In this document: piece after piece, positions 43,650 through 54,060 of the stretch
Layout: every line of letters begins with the position of its first letter
Numbering within the stretch: the stretch's first letter is position 1
Virus record (IMG/VR): IMGVR_UViG_2627853991_000003
Span: 70 to 64,069 of that record
Source of the DNA: a virus
DNA: 64,000 nt
Reading direction: 5' to 3' (one strand)
Notes under the pieces: generated by a model
What the model was told of the DNA's origin: nothing
The model's input: the letters and a program-made list of their open reading frames with translations, nothing else
Databases searched by the model: none
Program-made: the position numbers and the translations under genes

Positions 43650-43910
43650 TCAAGACGCTCTCCCGAGAGTCAAGCGATAGGCGCTCGGGTGACCGGGCCG
43701 GCGCGTAATGCGCAGCGCACCGGCCTCCTCCAACGTGCGAAGGGTCGACGACACAGTCACGCGCGTCACGCTCGCGAATTCCGCAATGGCGTCGATCGAC
43801 GGATCGCAATTCCCCTGCTCGTCGGCCAACCGCGCCAGAAAGATCAGGATCACCTTGGCCGTCGGCGGGAACTGCTCGCGCATAGCGCGGTTGAGGTGCT
43901 CGAAACTCAT
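43650..43910 (-). CDS. Winged-HTH DNA-binding protein (86 aa), replication/regulation-associated
   Basis: ...KVILIFLARLADEQGNCDPSIDAIAEFASVTRVTVSSTLRTLEEAGAL. Confidence 0.45.
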   Translation of the reverse strand: MSFEHLNRAMREQFPPTAKVILIFLARLADEQGNCDPSIDAIAEFASVTRVTVSSTLRTLEEAGALRITRRPGHPSAYRLTLGRAS

Positions 43911-44728
43911 TCGGCGGCCTCCTGTGCGCTTTCCGCGTCGTCAATACCGAGCACCCATCGCAGCGCCGCCAAGCGCTCGCCTGTCGCCTCCGCGAGCGCC
44001 GCCTCGATCTGCTTACGCGGACGTACGCGTGCCGCCGTACCGCCGAGCACGGCCTTCTGCGCACGCGAGCGCGCGTGCCCTTCCTTGCCGTCAGCGGCAT
44101 CGATCAACGCCTGAACCTTCGCGCGTTGCTCGTCCGGCGACAGCTTCGCAAGCTTCAGCGCGTGCGACACAGTGATCTGTTCCGCCTCAACAGCGTCACG
44201 CACCGCCATGCAGCAGTCGAGCAGCTTCAAAGCAGAGCGCACGGTCGGCACCTCGACACCGAACGCGACGGCGATAGCATCCTCGGTGTGGCCGACGTCG
44301 AGCATGCGAGCCATCTTCTCGGCCCGGTTGATCGGCGAGTCCTCTTCGCGGATCTCGTTCGTGCTGACCATCATTCCGACAAACGACTTGTCGCTGTCGC
44401 GCATGACGCGCTTCGGGATCGCCGGAATCGTGATCGGCTCTTCGCCCGCCTCGATCAGTTGACGGTTCAGCTCGCGCGCGTTGATCACGCGGCGACGGCC
44501 GTCGATCACGAGGTTCTCGCCTGTCTCCGGGTCTTTGTAGAAGAGCACCGGCTCAAGCACGCCCTGCGCGCGGTAGTTCCGAACCGTCTTCGGGTTCGGC
44601 GCCTGATGTACGCGCCGGTCGTACAGCGGGTGCTTCGGGTCCGTGACGAGCGTCAGCTTGTCGGGGTCCATCGAAAGGACGTTGCCCTTGCCCGATGCCC
44701 CGTAGACGTCGATTGAGTTTTTGGCCAT
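43907..44728 (-). CDS. ParB-like nuclease domain (ParB/Srx) protein
   Basis: ...VLEPVLFYKDPETGENLVIDGRRRVINARE is the ParB N-terminal domain. HTH region ...TEDAIAVAFGVEVPTVRSAL. Confidence 0.75.
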   Translation of the reverse strand: MAKNSIDVYGASGKGNVLSMDPDKLTLVTDPKHPLYDRRVHQAPNPKTVRNYRAQGVLEPVLFYKDPETGENLVIDGRRRVINARELNRQLIEAGEEPITIPAIPKRVMRDSDKSFVGMMVSTNEIREEDSPINRAEKMARMLDVGHTEDAIAVAFGVEVPTVRSALKLLDCCMAVRDAVEAEQITVSHALKLAKLSPDEQRAKVQALIDAADGKEGHARSRAQKAVLGGTAARVRPRKQIEAALAEATGERLAALRWVLGIDDAESAQEAAE

Positions 44729-44762
44729 CAGTGGCTCCTATTGAGATAGTTTGTGAATGGAG

Positions 44763-45725
44763 CTATTCGCAAAGCCCGTATGCGGACGAGCACGTCGTCG
44801 CAGGTTCGGCGTCCGCGAGAAGGTCGTATTGCCGACCGCCACGAGTCGTCTTCGACCACTCGACGACTTGCCAGATGTTTCCTCGCTCCCGCGCCGTGTC
44901 CGTCTCGCCTGGGGCCGGGAAGAAGGTGGAGTTGCCACGCTTCGACGCATCCGAAACGATGCCTTCCCACTCGGCGATCATCTCGATGTGGTCGCGGTCA
45001 CGCATATCCCATTGCCGGATCTCGTCTTTACCAGCATTGATGCAGAGGCAACCGACGCGCTTGCGGCCTTGCAGGTAGAGCGGGTTCGGTCTGATACCGG
45101 CTACGCGGTGCGCTTCGAATATGGATTCGGCCGTCCAGCGCAACACCGGCCGATAGATGAAAAGCCCCCCGCCGACCTCTTCAAACGATCGGACGCATGC
45201 CCCTGTGCCCTGCAGGCGGTTGCGGCGCGCCTCGCTCTCCTCGATGCGGACACCTTGCCAAGACCACACAGCAACACCCGCCTCATCGATCAGGTTCAGC
45301 GCGTACTCATTCAGAGGCTCAGTCTTGAGGAAGTACGTGCAGAACTGAGCCATGCGGCTCGGGAAGCGCCCCTTGATGATGCAAAGGTCGAGGAAGGGGA
45401 TGCCGGTCGGCCCACGCTCGAACACGGCTAAGGCGCGCAGGACGACGTTCTCAGGAACACCCTTCTCCGGCCACTTGTCGCGAACGTAGTCGCGCCGATG
45501 CCACCACTCGGGAGTGAAGTCACGCTTGAGACGCGCCACCGGGATCGACAGGACGTCTTCGAGATAGTCGACATACTCGTAGGTAAGACGGTGCTCGTTG
45601 CCTGTATCCGCCATTGCGACACGGACGTTCTCGTGTCCGTGCAGCTCGAGCGCGACGAGCAGCGTCGCGGTACTGTCCTTGCCGCCGGACAGAGAAACGA
45701 CGTGGAGGGTTGGGCGCTCGCTCAC
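44763..45725 (-). CDS. PAPS-reductase-family (PP-loop ATP pyrophosphatase, DndC-like) protein
   Basis: [14 protein letters not shown]-loop and a Cys-rich C-terminus. Confidence 0.8.
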   Translation of the reverse strand: MSERPTLHVVSLSGGKDSTATLLVALELHGHENVRVAMADTGNEHRLTYEYVDYLEDVLSIPVARLKRDFTPEWWHRRDYVRDKWPEKGVPENVVLRALAVFERGPTGIPFLDLCIIKGRFPSRMAQFCTYFLKTEPLNEYALNLIDEAGVAVWSWQGVRIEESEARRNRLQGTGACVRSFEEVGGGLFIYRPVLRWTAESIFEAHRVAGIRPNPLYLQGRKRVGCLCINAGKDEIRQWDMRDRDHIEMIAEWEGIVSDASKRGNSTFFPAPGETDTARERGNIWQVVEWSKTTRGGRQYDLLADAEPATTCSSAYGLCE

Positions 45726-46753
45726 ATGACCTCCAAAACGAATCCCGGCTGCCGCAGACGATCGCGTTGCAGCGGCTCATAGTCCGGGTTGAGTTCGCAG
45801 CCGATGAAACGGCGGCCGAGGCGCTGCGCTACTTGTCCGGTCGTGCCGCTGCCGAAGAACGGATCGAAGACGACATCGCCCGACCGGCTACCGGCGAGCA
45901 CACAGGGTTCGACGAGTTCCTCCGGGAAGGTCGCGAAGTGAGCGCCTTTATATGGCTTCGTGGCGATCGTCCAGACCGAGCGTTTGTTCGCGCCCGCGAT
46001 CTCGCCATCAGCCGTAAGTTTGGGTTGCCGCTCCTTGACAGTGCGCCCCCAGTTGTCGGACTTCACGGCACCGAGACTGTCGTTGCCCTGCGCGCGATGC
46101 TTCGTGCCGAACGTGGTGAACGTCTTTTCAGCCAGAGGCTCGCGGATTGCGTCCTGATCGTAGTAGTAGCGCTCACTCTTGCTCAGCAGGAACAGATATT
46201 CGTGTGCCTTAGTGCAGCGGTCGCGCACGCTCTCGGGCATCGGGTTCGGCTTGTGCCAGATGATGTCCTGTCGGAGATACCAGCCGGCATCCTGCAATGC
46301 AAACGCAAGACGCCACGGCTGGCCCATCAGATCCTTGACCTTCAGACCGTCGATGCCCGCTTTCCTGTTGCTCAGGCAGATGTTCTCCTTAGCGCGAGCG
46401 CGCCCGGCAAACGTCTCTCCGCGCATCGGCGTCTGTCCGCCCGATGAGGCATAGGCATCGCCCATGTTCAGCCAGAGCGTCCCGTCGTCCACGAGCAGTT
46501 GGCGGCAGAGCTCGAACACGCCGACGAGCGTGTCGATGAACTCGCGCAGTGTCGGCTCGCTGCCGATCTCCCTGCCCTTGTCGGGATGTCCGCCAGGCAG
46601 ATACGAGCGAAGGCCCCAGTACGGCGGCGACGTCACGATCGTCTGCACACGCACGCCGTCGGCGATCATCGCGCGCATCAGGTCACGGCAGTCTCCGCGG
46701 TGGGATTGATCGAGCCAGTTCATCCGATCACTCCTCGGCACGCTTCGATCCAC
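45722..46753 (-). CDS. DNA methyltransferase, N6-adenine/N4-cytosine (beta class)
   Basis: TIVTSPPYW (motif IV DPPY-type) precedes ...[13 protein letters not shown] (motif I). Confidence 0.8.
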   Translation of the reverse strand: MDRSVPRSDRMNWLDQSHRGDCRDLMRAMIADGVRVQTIVTSPPYWGLRSYLPGGHPDKGREIGSEPTLREFIDTLVGVFELCRQLLVDDGTLWLNMGDAYASSGGQTPMRGETFAGRARAKENICLSNRKAGIDGLKVKDLMGQPWRLAFALQDAGWYLRQDIIWHKPNPMPESVRDRCTKAHEYLFLLSKSERYYYDQDAIREPLAEKTFTTFGTKHRAQGNDSLGAVKSDNWGRTVKERQPKLTADGEIAGANKRSVWTIATKPYKGAHFATFPEELVEPCVLAGSRSGDVVFDPFFGSGTTGQVAQRLGRRFIGCELNPDYEPLQRDRLRQPGFVLEVM

Positions 46754-48060
46754 GCAACCGCCGCTTCCGCGTTGATCGCGTTGCCGTACCCTCGGAGTCG
46801 GCCTTGGCGGCTGCCTTGGTCTTTCCGTGGACGAAGCGCGGCGAGGCGCGCTTGATCGGCGCGCACTCGTCCCATGCGACCGGCAGACCCATCAACCAGC
46901 GGGAATGTGCCGGATTCAACTGGCCTCCACTTTCCATCCCGACACAAGAGCCAGTCAGCAGCTCGCCAGAAGCCGTTAGTCGAGCCGGCATGGGGTTGTC
47001 CTTCAGGAGCGCCGCCGCGCGGTTCAACGTGATGTTCGTCGTCGAGAACTGCGCAGTTGGATTCGGGAGCGCATCCGTTGATGTGGGTGTCGGCCAGCCT
47101 GCGAGCCAGTGGTGTGCCGCTGCGTCCAGGCGCATCCCCTTTTTGCCGCCGCCCCGCTCCGAATACGGTTTCGACGGTGCGCCTTTGAAATCCGTCGACG
47201 TAGGTGTCGGCCATCCCGCGAACTGCGCCACGTGATTCAGGCTCACCGCTACCTTGCGACCGTCCTGCGTCTTGCCCGTCGCGCTCAAGCCCTCGAACGA
47301 TTGCGAGCCCTCCGCGTTGCCGACTGTCGGTGTCGGCCAGCCGGCCAGACATGCCGCTGCCGCCAGATCCGGCCCATGATTGCGCATCGCTTCCATCAGC
47401 CCCCTCTCGAACGTGCGCACGCCTTTCTCTGCGAGCGCGGCCGTAGGCGTAGGCCATCCAGTACGCCCGGTCGCGGATGTGCGGAGCACCGACGCCCGCA
47501 GACGGAAACGGGACACACCCATAGGCGTAGTCCAGCGCTTCCACGTCAGCTTGAACAAGGTCGATCCAAGGGTCGACAGCCGAGCTCGCAACCTGCTCTC
47601 CAAAGACGATTGCAGGGCGGCGCTCGCCGATGAGCCAGTACCACGCAGGCCACAGGTGCCGCTCATCATCAAACCCAAGTCCTTTGCCTGCCGCGGAGAA
47701 AGGTTGGCACGGACAGGAACCCGTCCAAACAGGTCGATCGTCGGGCCATCCGGCGCGACGAAGCGCGTAGGACCAGACGCCGACGCCTGCGAAGAAATGG
47801 CACTGGGCGTATGGACGAAGGTCGTCGGGATGCACGTCGCGGATGTCGCGTTCGTCGACGTCACCGGGCGCGATGCGGCCTGCCGCAACGAGGTTGCGCA
47901 GCCACTCCGCGGCGACTTGATCGTGCTCGTTGTAGTAGGCGACACTCAAGCGCTCCCCACTACTCGGCCATGCCGCGCAGCCGCGCGGAGATATCGAGAA
48001 GCACCTGCGCATGCTTGAAGATTCGGTGATCCACGCGCTCGATCTCGTGCCGCTCGACAC
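46720..48060 (-). CDS. DNA cytosine-5 methyltransferase. Catalytic motifs are in one frame, but the repeat-containing target-recognition region plus motif IX read in another frame. Possibly frameshifted or a pseudogene.
   Basis: Frame A has FFAGVGV (motif I), [12 protein letters not shown] (IV), IVFGEQV (VI), [11 protein letters not shown] (VIII) and [11 protein letters not shown] (X). Frame B (46728..47945) has 4x GWPTPT repeats and [15 protein letters not shown] (IX-like). Confidence 0.65.
   Translation of the reverse strand: MSSGTRSSAWITESSSMRRCFSISPRGCAAWPSSGERLSVAYYNEHDQVAAEWLRNLVAAGRIAPGDVDERDIRDVHPDDLRPYAQCHFFAGVGVWSYALRRAGWPDDRPVWTGSCPCQPFSAAGKGLGFDDERHLWPAWYWLIGERRPAIVFGEQVASSAVDPWIDLVQADVEALDYAYGCVPFPSAGVGAPHIRDRAYWMAYAYGRARRERRAHVREGADGSDAQSWAGSGGSGMSGRLADTDSRQRGGLAIVRGLERDGQDAGRSQGSGEPESRGAVRGMADTYVDGFQRRTVETVFGAGRRQKGDAPGRSGTPLARRLADTHINGCAPESNCAVLDDEHHVEPRGGAPEGQPHAGSTNGFWRAADWLLCRDGKWRPVESGTFPLVDGSAGRMGRVRADQARLAALRPRKDQGSRQGRLRGYGNAINAEAAVAWIEACRGVIG
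47087..47459. repeat. Four direct repeats (about 118-124 bp period) inside the methyltransferase target-recognition region, each encoding GWPTPT
   Basis: The reverse complement of GGCTGGCCGACACC occurs at about 47087, 47205, 47329 and 47444. Confidence 0.5.
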
Positions 48061-48400
48061 GGCCGTCTTCGAGCGTCTTCACGATCTCCTGCCCGACGTC
48101 GCCGTGCGTCGACCACGCCTTGCCCATCAGCTCGACGATCGCGGCGTCGCAGCAGTCAACGGCGCTCGGCAATTTCACGAGCGCGTAGCCACGCTCGCCA
48201 GCCCACGCTTCGAGCATCCGATCGTCGTTGGTCACGTCCGTCGCGCGAACCGCGTCAGCAAGCCCGAGGTGATGCGTAGCGTTGTTCGGGTTCACCTTGT
48301 TCCGCAGCACCGCCGCCGACATACCGAGACGCGGCGCGAGCGACTCACTGCCGCCCGGGTAATCGTGAACAACCGCGTATGCGGCGTCGATGATGTTCAT
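47960..48400 (-). CDS. Phage CII-like regulatory protein (Phage_CP76-like)
   Basis: MNIIDAAYAVVHDYPGGSESLAPRLGMSAAVLRNKVNP... matches the CP76/CII family N-terminus. Confidence 0.5.
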   Translation of the reverse strand: MNIIDAAYAVVHDYPGGSESLAPRLGMSAAVLRNKVNPNNATHHLGLADAVRATDVTNDDRMLEAWAGERGYALVKLPSAVDCCDAAIVELMGKAWSTHGDVGQEIVKTLEDGRVERHEIERVDHRIFKHAQVLLDISARLRGMAE

Positions 48401-48585
48401 TCAATCCTCATCTGAACGTTGTTTGTCGCGGTAAGGACTACTAAAGTGTGTCCCTATGGTGCGAACGAAAATTCAATTTCCTCAACCGCGCCATGCAGGC
48501 GCGATCTACTGCATTGGGCGAGGGTCCCGAGCTTTCGTCTTAGAATTGGCAGCTCTCACACAACCATTTCCATACGGGGACCCCC

Positions 48586-48840
48586 ATGAAGGATCTAAAA
48601 GACGTGGCTGACCGGATCTGCGAACTGAAGGGCGAAAACATGGCGCTTCTTGCAGTCGTTGACGCTCTACTTCGGTCGATGTCCAAAGATCAACTCAATC
48701 GGTTCATCACGGAGCACACTCAAGCACTTGAGGTGGCTCGTGTGACATTGCTCAACAGCGAACGGGCCGGCGATGGCGTCCTGTCGTCGTTTGAACGGTA
48801 TTCCGAAGGCTTCTCCAACTTGGCCCAGTCGATCCGATAG
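48586..48840 (+). CDS. Hypothetical protein (84 aa); overlaps an antisense ORF, so assignment is uncertain
   Basis: ATG with a GGGGACCCCC-rich upstream region. Confidence 0.25.
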   Translation: MKDLKDVADRICELKGENMALLAVVDALLRSMSKDQLNRFITEHTQALEVARVTLLNSERAGDGVLSSFERYSEGFSNLAQSIR

Positions 48841-49069
48841 CTGCCTCGTAGTAACGGACCGTGGCTTTCTGGCGCTCAGTCCGCAAGTTGAGCGCCGGCC
48901 GAATCAGCCACAGGACGAAACGCGCGTACATGCGCTTCATGAAGTCTCCTTCTGTTGGGTAAGCGACTCGAAAACTCAAGGAATATCGACTTTCGAACGG
49001 TGAGCCACTGAACCGCGTCTCGGAAAATGTCTTTCGACTCGTGCGAAGCGGCGTCGAGATCACGCGAAT

Positions 49070-49402
49070 CTAGTCGCCAACGAGGCAGTAATCGCGCGTC
49101 GACGAACTCATCGTTGTAACGTCGATTTCGCGGCCGTACTTCTTCGCGAGGTGTTTCCACAGAGCGATTTCGAGTGCCGCGGGCATGGCAGTTTCTTCGA
49201 CGTAGAGGTTCGCGCCGTCGTAGTGGATCTGGGTGCCGCCATCAGCGACCAATCCCAGTTCCACTACCGGCCCCTGCCCAGCTCGGAAGCGCGCGTTGAC
49301 GCTCTGGACGCACCGGACTTCAACACCATCAATCAAGACGCGCCCCGTTCCAATGGGACTTGCCTCGATCGTCACAGCGCACTTGTCGTTAGCATTTGTC
49401 AC
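49070..49402 (-). CDS. Hypothetical phage early protein (110 aa)
   Basis: ORF downstream of cro in the early-right operon. Confidence 0.4.
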   Translation of the reverse strand: MTNANDKCAVTIEASPIGTGRVLIDGVEVRCVQSVNARFRAGQGPVVELGLVADGGTQIHYDGANLYVEETAMPAALEIALWKHLAKKYGREIDVTTMSSSTRDYCLVGD

Positions 49403-49518
49403 GTTGACTCCTTCCGCTGGCCCGTAAGGGACAGCATGCCCAATAGGATATCGTTAACCCAAACAAGATAAAATAACTGAAAGCGATTTCGCCCCTTACT
49501 TCATTGAACCCGAGGGCG

Positions 49519-49815
49519 TCATCCCGCGAGCTCCTTCTGCTTCCGCAAGCTCTCGTCGCCGCGCAGCATCAGTTGGCGCAAGACGACCCAACCTTGGTAG
49601 TCCGGCCGGAGCGTTTCGCACACGACGCGCGGATCATCAACGGCGCGCTCAACAAATGGACAAGCTTCGATCGGCGCACGGCGGTCCCGCTTAATCCAAT
49701 TACTTGCAGCTTGGGGGGATACGCCGACCCTCCTCGCAAAGTCGGCTTGCGAGTCGCAAAGGCTGACTGCGAGGCACAACGTTTCGAATGGTGAGAGTTG
49801 CGACGGAGTGTTCAT
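49519..49815 (-). CDS. Cro-like HTH regulator
   Basis: ...DSQADFARRVGVSPQAASNWIKRDRRAPIEACPFVERA is an HTH_XRE. Divergent from the CI-like gene. Confidence 0.6.
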   Translation of the reverse strand: MNTPSQLSPFETLCLAVSLCDSQADFARRVGVSPQAASNWIKRDRRAPIEACPFVERAVDDPRVVCETLRPDYQGWVVLRQLMLRGDESLRKQKELAG

Positions 49816-49896
49816 GCGCGAACGATAAACCATAGTTTATCGTCAGTCAACTCTCGTTTATTGATCGAATATACAATTGTTTATAGAGTCCGGCTC
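49816..49896. promoter_or_regulatory. Divergent promoter/operator region of the immunity switch: perfect palindrome ACGATAAACCATAGTTTATCGT (49822-49843) plus two further GTTTAT half-sites
   Basis: CGATAAAC-CATAG-TTTATCG. The GTTTAT half-site also occurs in CGTTTATTGATCG and TTGTTTATAGAG. Confidence 0.5.
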
Positions 49897-50298
49897 ATGG
49901 CACTCGGAAAGAACGTCGCACGACTACGCACCCTGACGGGCGAAACCCGTCCGGACCTTGCGCGCGCTATCGGCATCGAATCACAGCAGCCGATCTATGC
50001 GCTGGAAAAGCGCGACAGTAGCCGGTCGGATCTTGCGCCACAGCTAGCAAAACACTTCCGGGTTGATTTGAACGTGTTGCTTGAGGACGATTTGTCGCGC
50101 CTCGACAGCGCGGGACTTGACGCGCTGCGTCGATCGCGAAAACCGCCTGTCGGGGCGGGGAAGAAGGTGAAGATTCAGGAGAGATTTGATGCTGCTCCTG
50201 AGTCGATACAGCAGGCCGTCCGCGACCTCCTCGAGCTGCCCATTGCGGACGCAGAAAAAGTCGCGGCCCTGATAGCCGCCTTTCGCGGCGATCGTTAG
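49897..50298 (+). CDS. CI-like repressor (short XRE HTH, 133 aa)
   Basis: MALGKNVARLRTLTGETRPDLARAIGIESQQPIYALEKRD is an HTH_XRE. It is transcribed toward the integrase side. Confidence 0.6.
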   Translation: MALGKNVARLRTLTGETRPDLARAIGIESQQPIYALEKRDSSRSDLAPQLAKHFRVDLNVLLEDDLSRLDSAGLDALRRSRKPPVGAGKKVKIQERFDAAPESIQQAVRDLLELPIADAEKVAALIAAFRGDR

Positions 50299-50613
50299 TG
50301 GACGTCTTGCAATGTTTGCGCTATAGACTCGACGGCGTCGTCAATGTCACCGCAGACATCCCCTGCAATCCATCTCCCGCACCGCGCAAGGTCGCTCGTA
50401 ATGCGTGATTGATCCGACCGATCCGACAGTGCATCAATCGCGGAGAAGATCGCTTGTAAATGTCGAATTCTCTCTGCCGCGAGAATCCCGAGATCCTTTG
50501 CAATGAGGCTCACGGACTGCAACGCCCCCGCGGCAAACTCCCTGTTGTATTTCTTCAAGTGGCCACCTCGTAGGTCTGATTGAACGTTCGCAGGGTGCGC
50601 GCCTCTCGGCATC
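50295..50613 (-). CDS. Hypothetical protein (about 106 aa)
   Basis: ORF convergent with CI. No motif. Confidence 0.35.
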
Positions 50614-50641
50614 GTCCATCGAGAGGCCCGCCCAATCGGCT

Positions 50642-51931
50642 CTACTTCCTGCGAGGTTGCCAGAGAGACACGGATATCAAGCTCACGATGGCCGCTGCTA
50701 TCACGTAGAATGCCGGCGCGAGGTTGTTGTGCGTGGTCGCAATCGCCCACGTAATGATCGCGGCGGAGAATCCACCAAACGTGATCACGGCGAGGTTGTA
50801 CGAGATCGAAATCCCAGTCGACAGAACCCCGTCTGGAAACATGTCGCTAAGCGCCGCCAGGATTGGCCCCTCGTAGCTGGCGATAACGAGCCCGAACACC
50901 ACCTGGAACACGAGCAACGACTTCAACCCTGGTGCGGCATTCAACATAGCGAACAGCGGATAAGCCGCGACGATCGCAACGAGCAACGCTCCCGCAAGGA
51001 ACCAGCGGCGCCCAAACAGATCGGAAAGGTGTCCAATCAAAGGCGTGACGAAGAGAACAATTGACGCGCCGACAAGCACTGCGATGAAACCCGTAGAAGA
51101 CGGGAGTTTCAGAACCTTCGAAGCGTAGGTCGGGATGTAGAACAGTAGGACATAAGAGCAAACCGTCCAGAAGACGACTAAACCAAATCCGACAAGCGCC
51201 TCACGCGAAAAGCTCCTGACGACCTCGACGACCGGCGCACACTCGCCCAAACGCTCGTCTGCGGGAAAGCCAGGGTCGTTCAGCCTACTGCGGATATAAA
51301 TCCCGACCGGGCCGAGACCGAGTCCGAGAAGGAAGGGGATTCGCCAGCCCCAAGATTCGATCTGCTGCTCATCGAGGCACTTCACGATAAACACCGCAAG
51401 AACTGACGCAAGGATAATCGCGAACCCGATACTTGCCTGAATCCAGCTCGTGTAGTATCCATGCCGCTCGGCCGGCACGCGCTCGCGAAGATACGCTGTC
51501 GCACCTCCCATTTCCCCTCCAGCCGAAAATCCTTGAAGTAGACGCGCGACGACAATCATCAGTGGCGCACCAAGCCCTGCATCTTTGTATGTCGGCGCGA
51601 ATCCAATCATCGCCGTCCCGGCGGTCATCAATGCAATCGTGACCGTAAGTGCTGCTCGGCGCCCCACTTTATCCGCAATTCCGCCAATCACGATGCCACC
51701 GATCGGACGCATAAAGAAGCCTACGCCAATCGTCGAAACCGACAGCAACAGAGACAGGTTGTCGTCCGTCGACGGGAAAAATAGTTTCGCAATAATGACT
51801 GAGAAGAAACTATACGAAATGAAATCGAACCATTCGAAACCATTTCCGACGATGACGGCGATTACAGCTCTCCGATGCGTGTCGGAGCTCGCACTCGGCG
51901 CGGCCTCGCGCGCGTATGTTGATGTTTGCAT
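50642..51931 (-). CDS. MFS transporter (metabolite:H+ symporter family)
   Basis: 12 transmembrane helices. ...GIADKVGRRAAL.. is the MFS signature loop. Cargo within the prophage. Confidence 0.85.
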   Translation of the reverse strand: MQTSTYAREAAPSASSDTHRRAVIAVIVGNGFEWFDFISYSFFSVIIAKLFFPSTDDNLSLLLSVSTIGVGFFMRPIGGIVIGGIADKVGRRAALTVTIALMTAGTAMIGFAPTYKDAGLGAPLMIVVARLLQGFSAGGEMGGATAYLRERVPAERHGYYTSWIQASIGFAIILASVLAVFIVKCLDEQQIESWGWRIPFLLGLGLGPVGIYIRSRLNDPGFPADERLGECAPVVEVVRSFSREALVGFGLVVFWTVCSYVLLFYIPTYASKVLKLPSSTGFIAVLVGASIVLFVTPLIGHLSDLFGRRWFLAGALLVAIVAAYPLFAMLNAAPGLKSLLVFQVVFGLVIASYEGPILAALSDMFPDGVLSTGISISYNLAVITFGGFSAAIITWAIATTHNNLAPAFYVIAAAIVSLISVSLWQPRRK

Positions 51932-52085
51932 TATTTCGTGCCCTCGGATTATTGAGTTATTACGGCTATCAAACAAGATTTGATCGCGCACGAAATATTA
52001 CGTCTATTTACGAATTACTTACTATGAAAAATTCTCGGGGCAGCCTGACCATAAGGAATGATGCAAATTGAACCAATCGTATGAC

Positions 52086-52979
52086 TTATACATGCGTCAG
52101 TAGCCACTCGCGAAACATCGTGACCGCGGGCGTGTCTCGGCGATCCGCAGGCCAGATGACCTGATACGCGCCGCCGAAGCTTGCATGCGCATCCGACGCT
52201 AAAATCAGCTTCCCGCTCTCAACAAGTGGCGTGATCATATGCTTCCAGCCCAAAATTGCTCCGTGCCCATGCAGTGCCAGTTGCAGCAGTACTGGGTAGC
52301 TGTTCGCAGAAATAGTTCGAGCCGGACGAAACCCGATTTCGCCGACAGTCAGGCGAAACCAATCTCGCCATCCCATCCACTGACGCTGCTGTTCCTCCGC
52401 AACAAGTAAAGTCGCCTCCATCAAGTCCTGGGGAGGCACGCGGCGCCCCGCGAGAAACGTCGGCGCGCAGTATGCGTGAACGTCCTCCGCGATGATCGCC
52501 GTTCCAGCAATGCCGGGGGGAGGAACGTCGCGAATGTAGTAGACGCCAATGTCGAATTCGGCCGCGTTCAAATTGAACACGCCTTCTCGAACAAGAATTC
52601 GCACGGAGACTTCCGGATGCTCCGCGCTGAACTCGGCAATCCGATCCGCCAAAAACAATGTTGCAGTGCCGGACGCGCACGCAATAGTAAGGCTGTGCGG
52701 AGTCTGCTCCTTCATCACAAGTGCAGTTGCCTCGACACAGTCGGCCAAAATCGCATGCACCCGATCAGCGTACTGCTGGCCCGCGCGAGTCAAATGCAAG
52801 GCCTTGGCATCTCGGACAAAGAGAGTTGTCCCAAGAAACGTCTCGAGCTTCACAACCTGTTTGCTAACCGCGCCTTGCGTCACATTCAATTCCTCGGCTG
52901 CTCGCGTGAAGTTGCCGTGTCTTGCGGCTGCGTCGAAGAAAACAAGGCACTGAAGAGGTGGGAGAGGTTGAATTTTCAT
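52086..52979 (-). CDS. LysR-family transcriptional regulator
   Basis: N-terminal HTH LVFFDAAARHGNFTRAAEELNVTQGAVSKQVVKLE. The C-terminal substrate-binding domain ends ...FREWLL. Confidence 0.85.
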   Translation of the reverse strand: MKIQPLPPLQCLVFFDAAARHGNFTRAAEELNVTQGAVSKQVVKLETFLGTTLFVRDAKALHLTRAGQQYADRVHAILADCVEATALVMKEQTPHSLTIACASGTATLFLADRIAEFSAEHPEVSVRILVREGVFNLNAAEFDIGVYYIRDVPPPGIAGTAIIAEDVHAYCAPTFLAGRRVPPQDLMEATLLVAEEQQRQWMGWRDWFRLTVGEIGFRPARTISANSYPVLLQLALHGHGAILGWKHMITPLVESGKLILASDAHASFGGAYQVIWPADRRDTPAVTMFREWLLTHV

Positions 52980-53168
52980 GATTGCGTCCAATTCCTCCCA
53001 AGAATTTACAGGCTGATCCGCGTCTTCGCCACACGCGGTCGAACTTGCCCTCCCACACAGACACAAACTTTTGTTGACTCTTGATAAACTCTTGTTTATT
53101 CTTCGATCCATACCGCAGCCTTGCTCGCTGCACCGCTCCGGCGGATCGATCTTTAAGAGTGCCAGCGT

Positions 53169-53528
53169 ACCGGGACCCGCAAGGGAGCAACCGGTCGGCT
53201 CTACGGTGTAGCCGAAAAACGGGGTAGCGCCCGACACCACTCAGCTTTCATGAGATGGGGCCCTGCCGATGCGGACGTGGTCTGGCCGCGGCGAGGGAGC
53301 CAGAGGACGCCGGAGTTGGTCGCGACGCACATGGCGGTTCGCGAGATAGCCGGATTGTCGTTCGGAGGGGAAAGCGAAGCCGGAAGTCGCGGCAGTGGCC
53401 CCATCCCATGAAAACTGACAAGGAAGCAGATCGATTGGTGTTACGCCCTGATCGTTGTATTGAATTCGGACTACTAAATCATGAGGGGAAACGAGGATCG
53501 CGATCGTGCCCCTTCGAAAGGAGATCCA
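53169..53528 (+). promoter_or_regulatory. Second copy of the structured GC-rich leader (paralogue of 4049-4410)
   Basis: About 92% identical. The long-range pair GAGATGGGGCCCTGCC / GGCAGTGGCCCCATC is retained (one base better paired than in copy 1). Confidence 0.35.
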
Positions 53529-53756
53529 GTGGAATCGAAACGGAAGCTGCCGACCGTGTCGGTCGAGTGGCTCGAAAACGCAGCAGCTGACCTCGAAGTC
53601 AGCGCAAACGCGAGCCGTGAGACGTGGGCGGTACTCGGCCTATCTCATCGGTACAGCGAGAACATCGGCCGCGCCCATGCTATGCGGCACGCGGCCCGGT
53701 TGAAGCTCGAATACGACCGACGCCTCTTTCTACGGTCGATCGGACTCAAGGTCTAG
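53529..53756 (+). CDS. Small conserved protein, copy 2 (alternative ATG at 53481)
   Basis: Same SD/GTG arrangement as 4411. The protein differs at about 6 positions near the N-terminus. Confidence 0.4.
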   Translation: MESKRKLPTVSVEWLENAAADLEVSANASRETWAVLGLSHRYSENIGRAHAMRHAARLKLEYDRRLFLRSIGLKV

Positions 53757-53765
53757 GAGCCGATC

Positions 53766-53897
53766 GTGAGCCAAGCCGCAAAGAACCTGCTCGAGCTGCG
53801 CCGCATGCCTCGCGGTGCGCTCGTTGAGCATCTGATGCGCGAAATCGCGCAAAACCTAATCGCAGTGGGCGTCCAAGAAGTTCGAGGCGACGCCTGA
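53766..53897 (+). CDS. Tiny coupled ORF, copy 2 (43 aa; C-terminal third diverged)
   Basis: MSQAAKNLLELRRMPRGALVEHLMREIAQNLIAVGVQEVRGDA. Confidence 0.35.
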   Translation: MSQAAKNLLELRRMPRGALVEHLMREIAQNLIAVGVQEVRGDA

Positions 53898-54060
53898 AAC
53901 CTTGCAAGACCGGAGACACGATGGAACCACAAATGATCAGCGACTACATCCGCGGCTGGAACGATCGAGCGCTCGGCCGCGCTCCCCGCGCCGCCACGAT
54001 CTGCTATCGGCTTGGCTATGTTGAAGCACATCAGAGATAAGTGGACGCCCTGCCGTGAAA

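Noticed and set aside
46728-47945. Frame-B ORF inside the C5 methyltransferase, considered as an independent gene
   Set aside because: Its N-terminal 120 aa are junk-like. Only the repeat region and motif IX look real. It is better explained as part of a frameshifted methyltransferase than as a separate gene.
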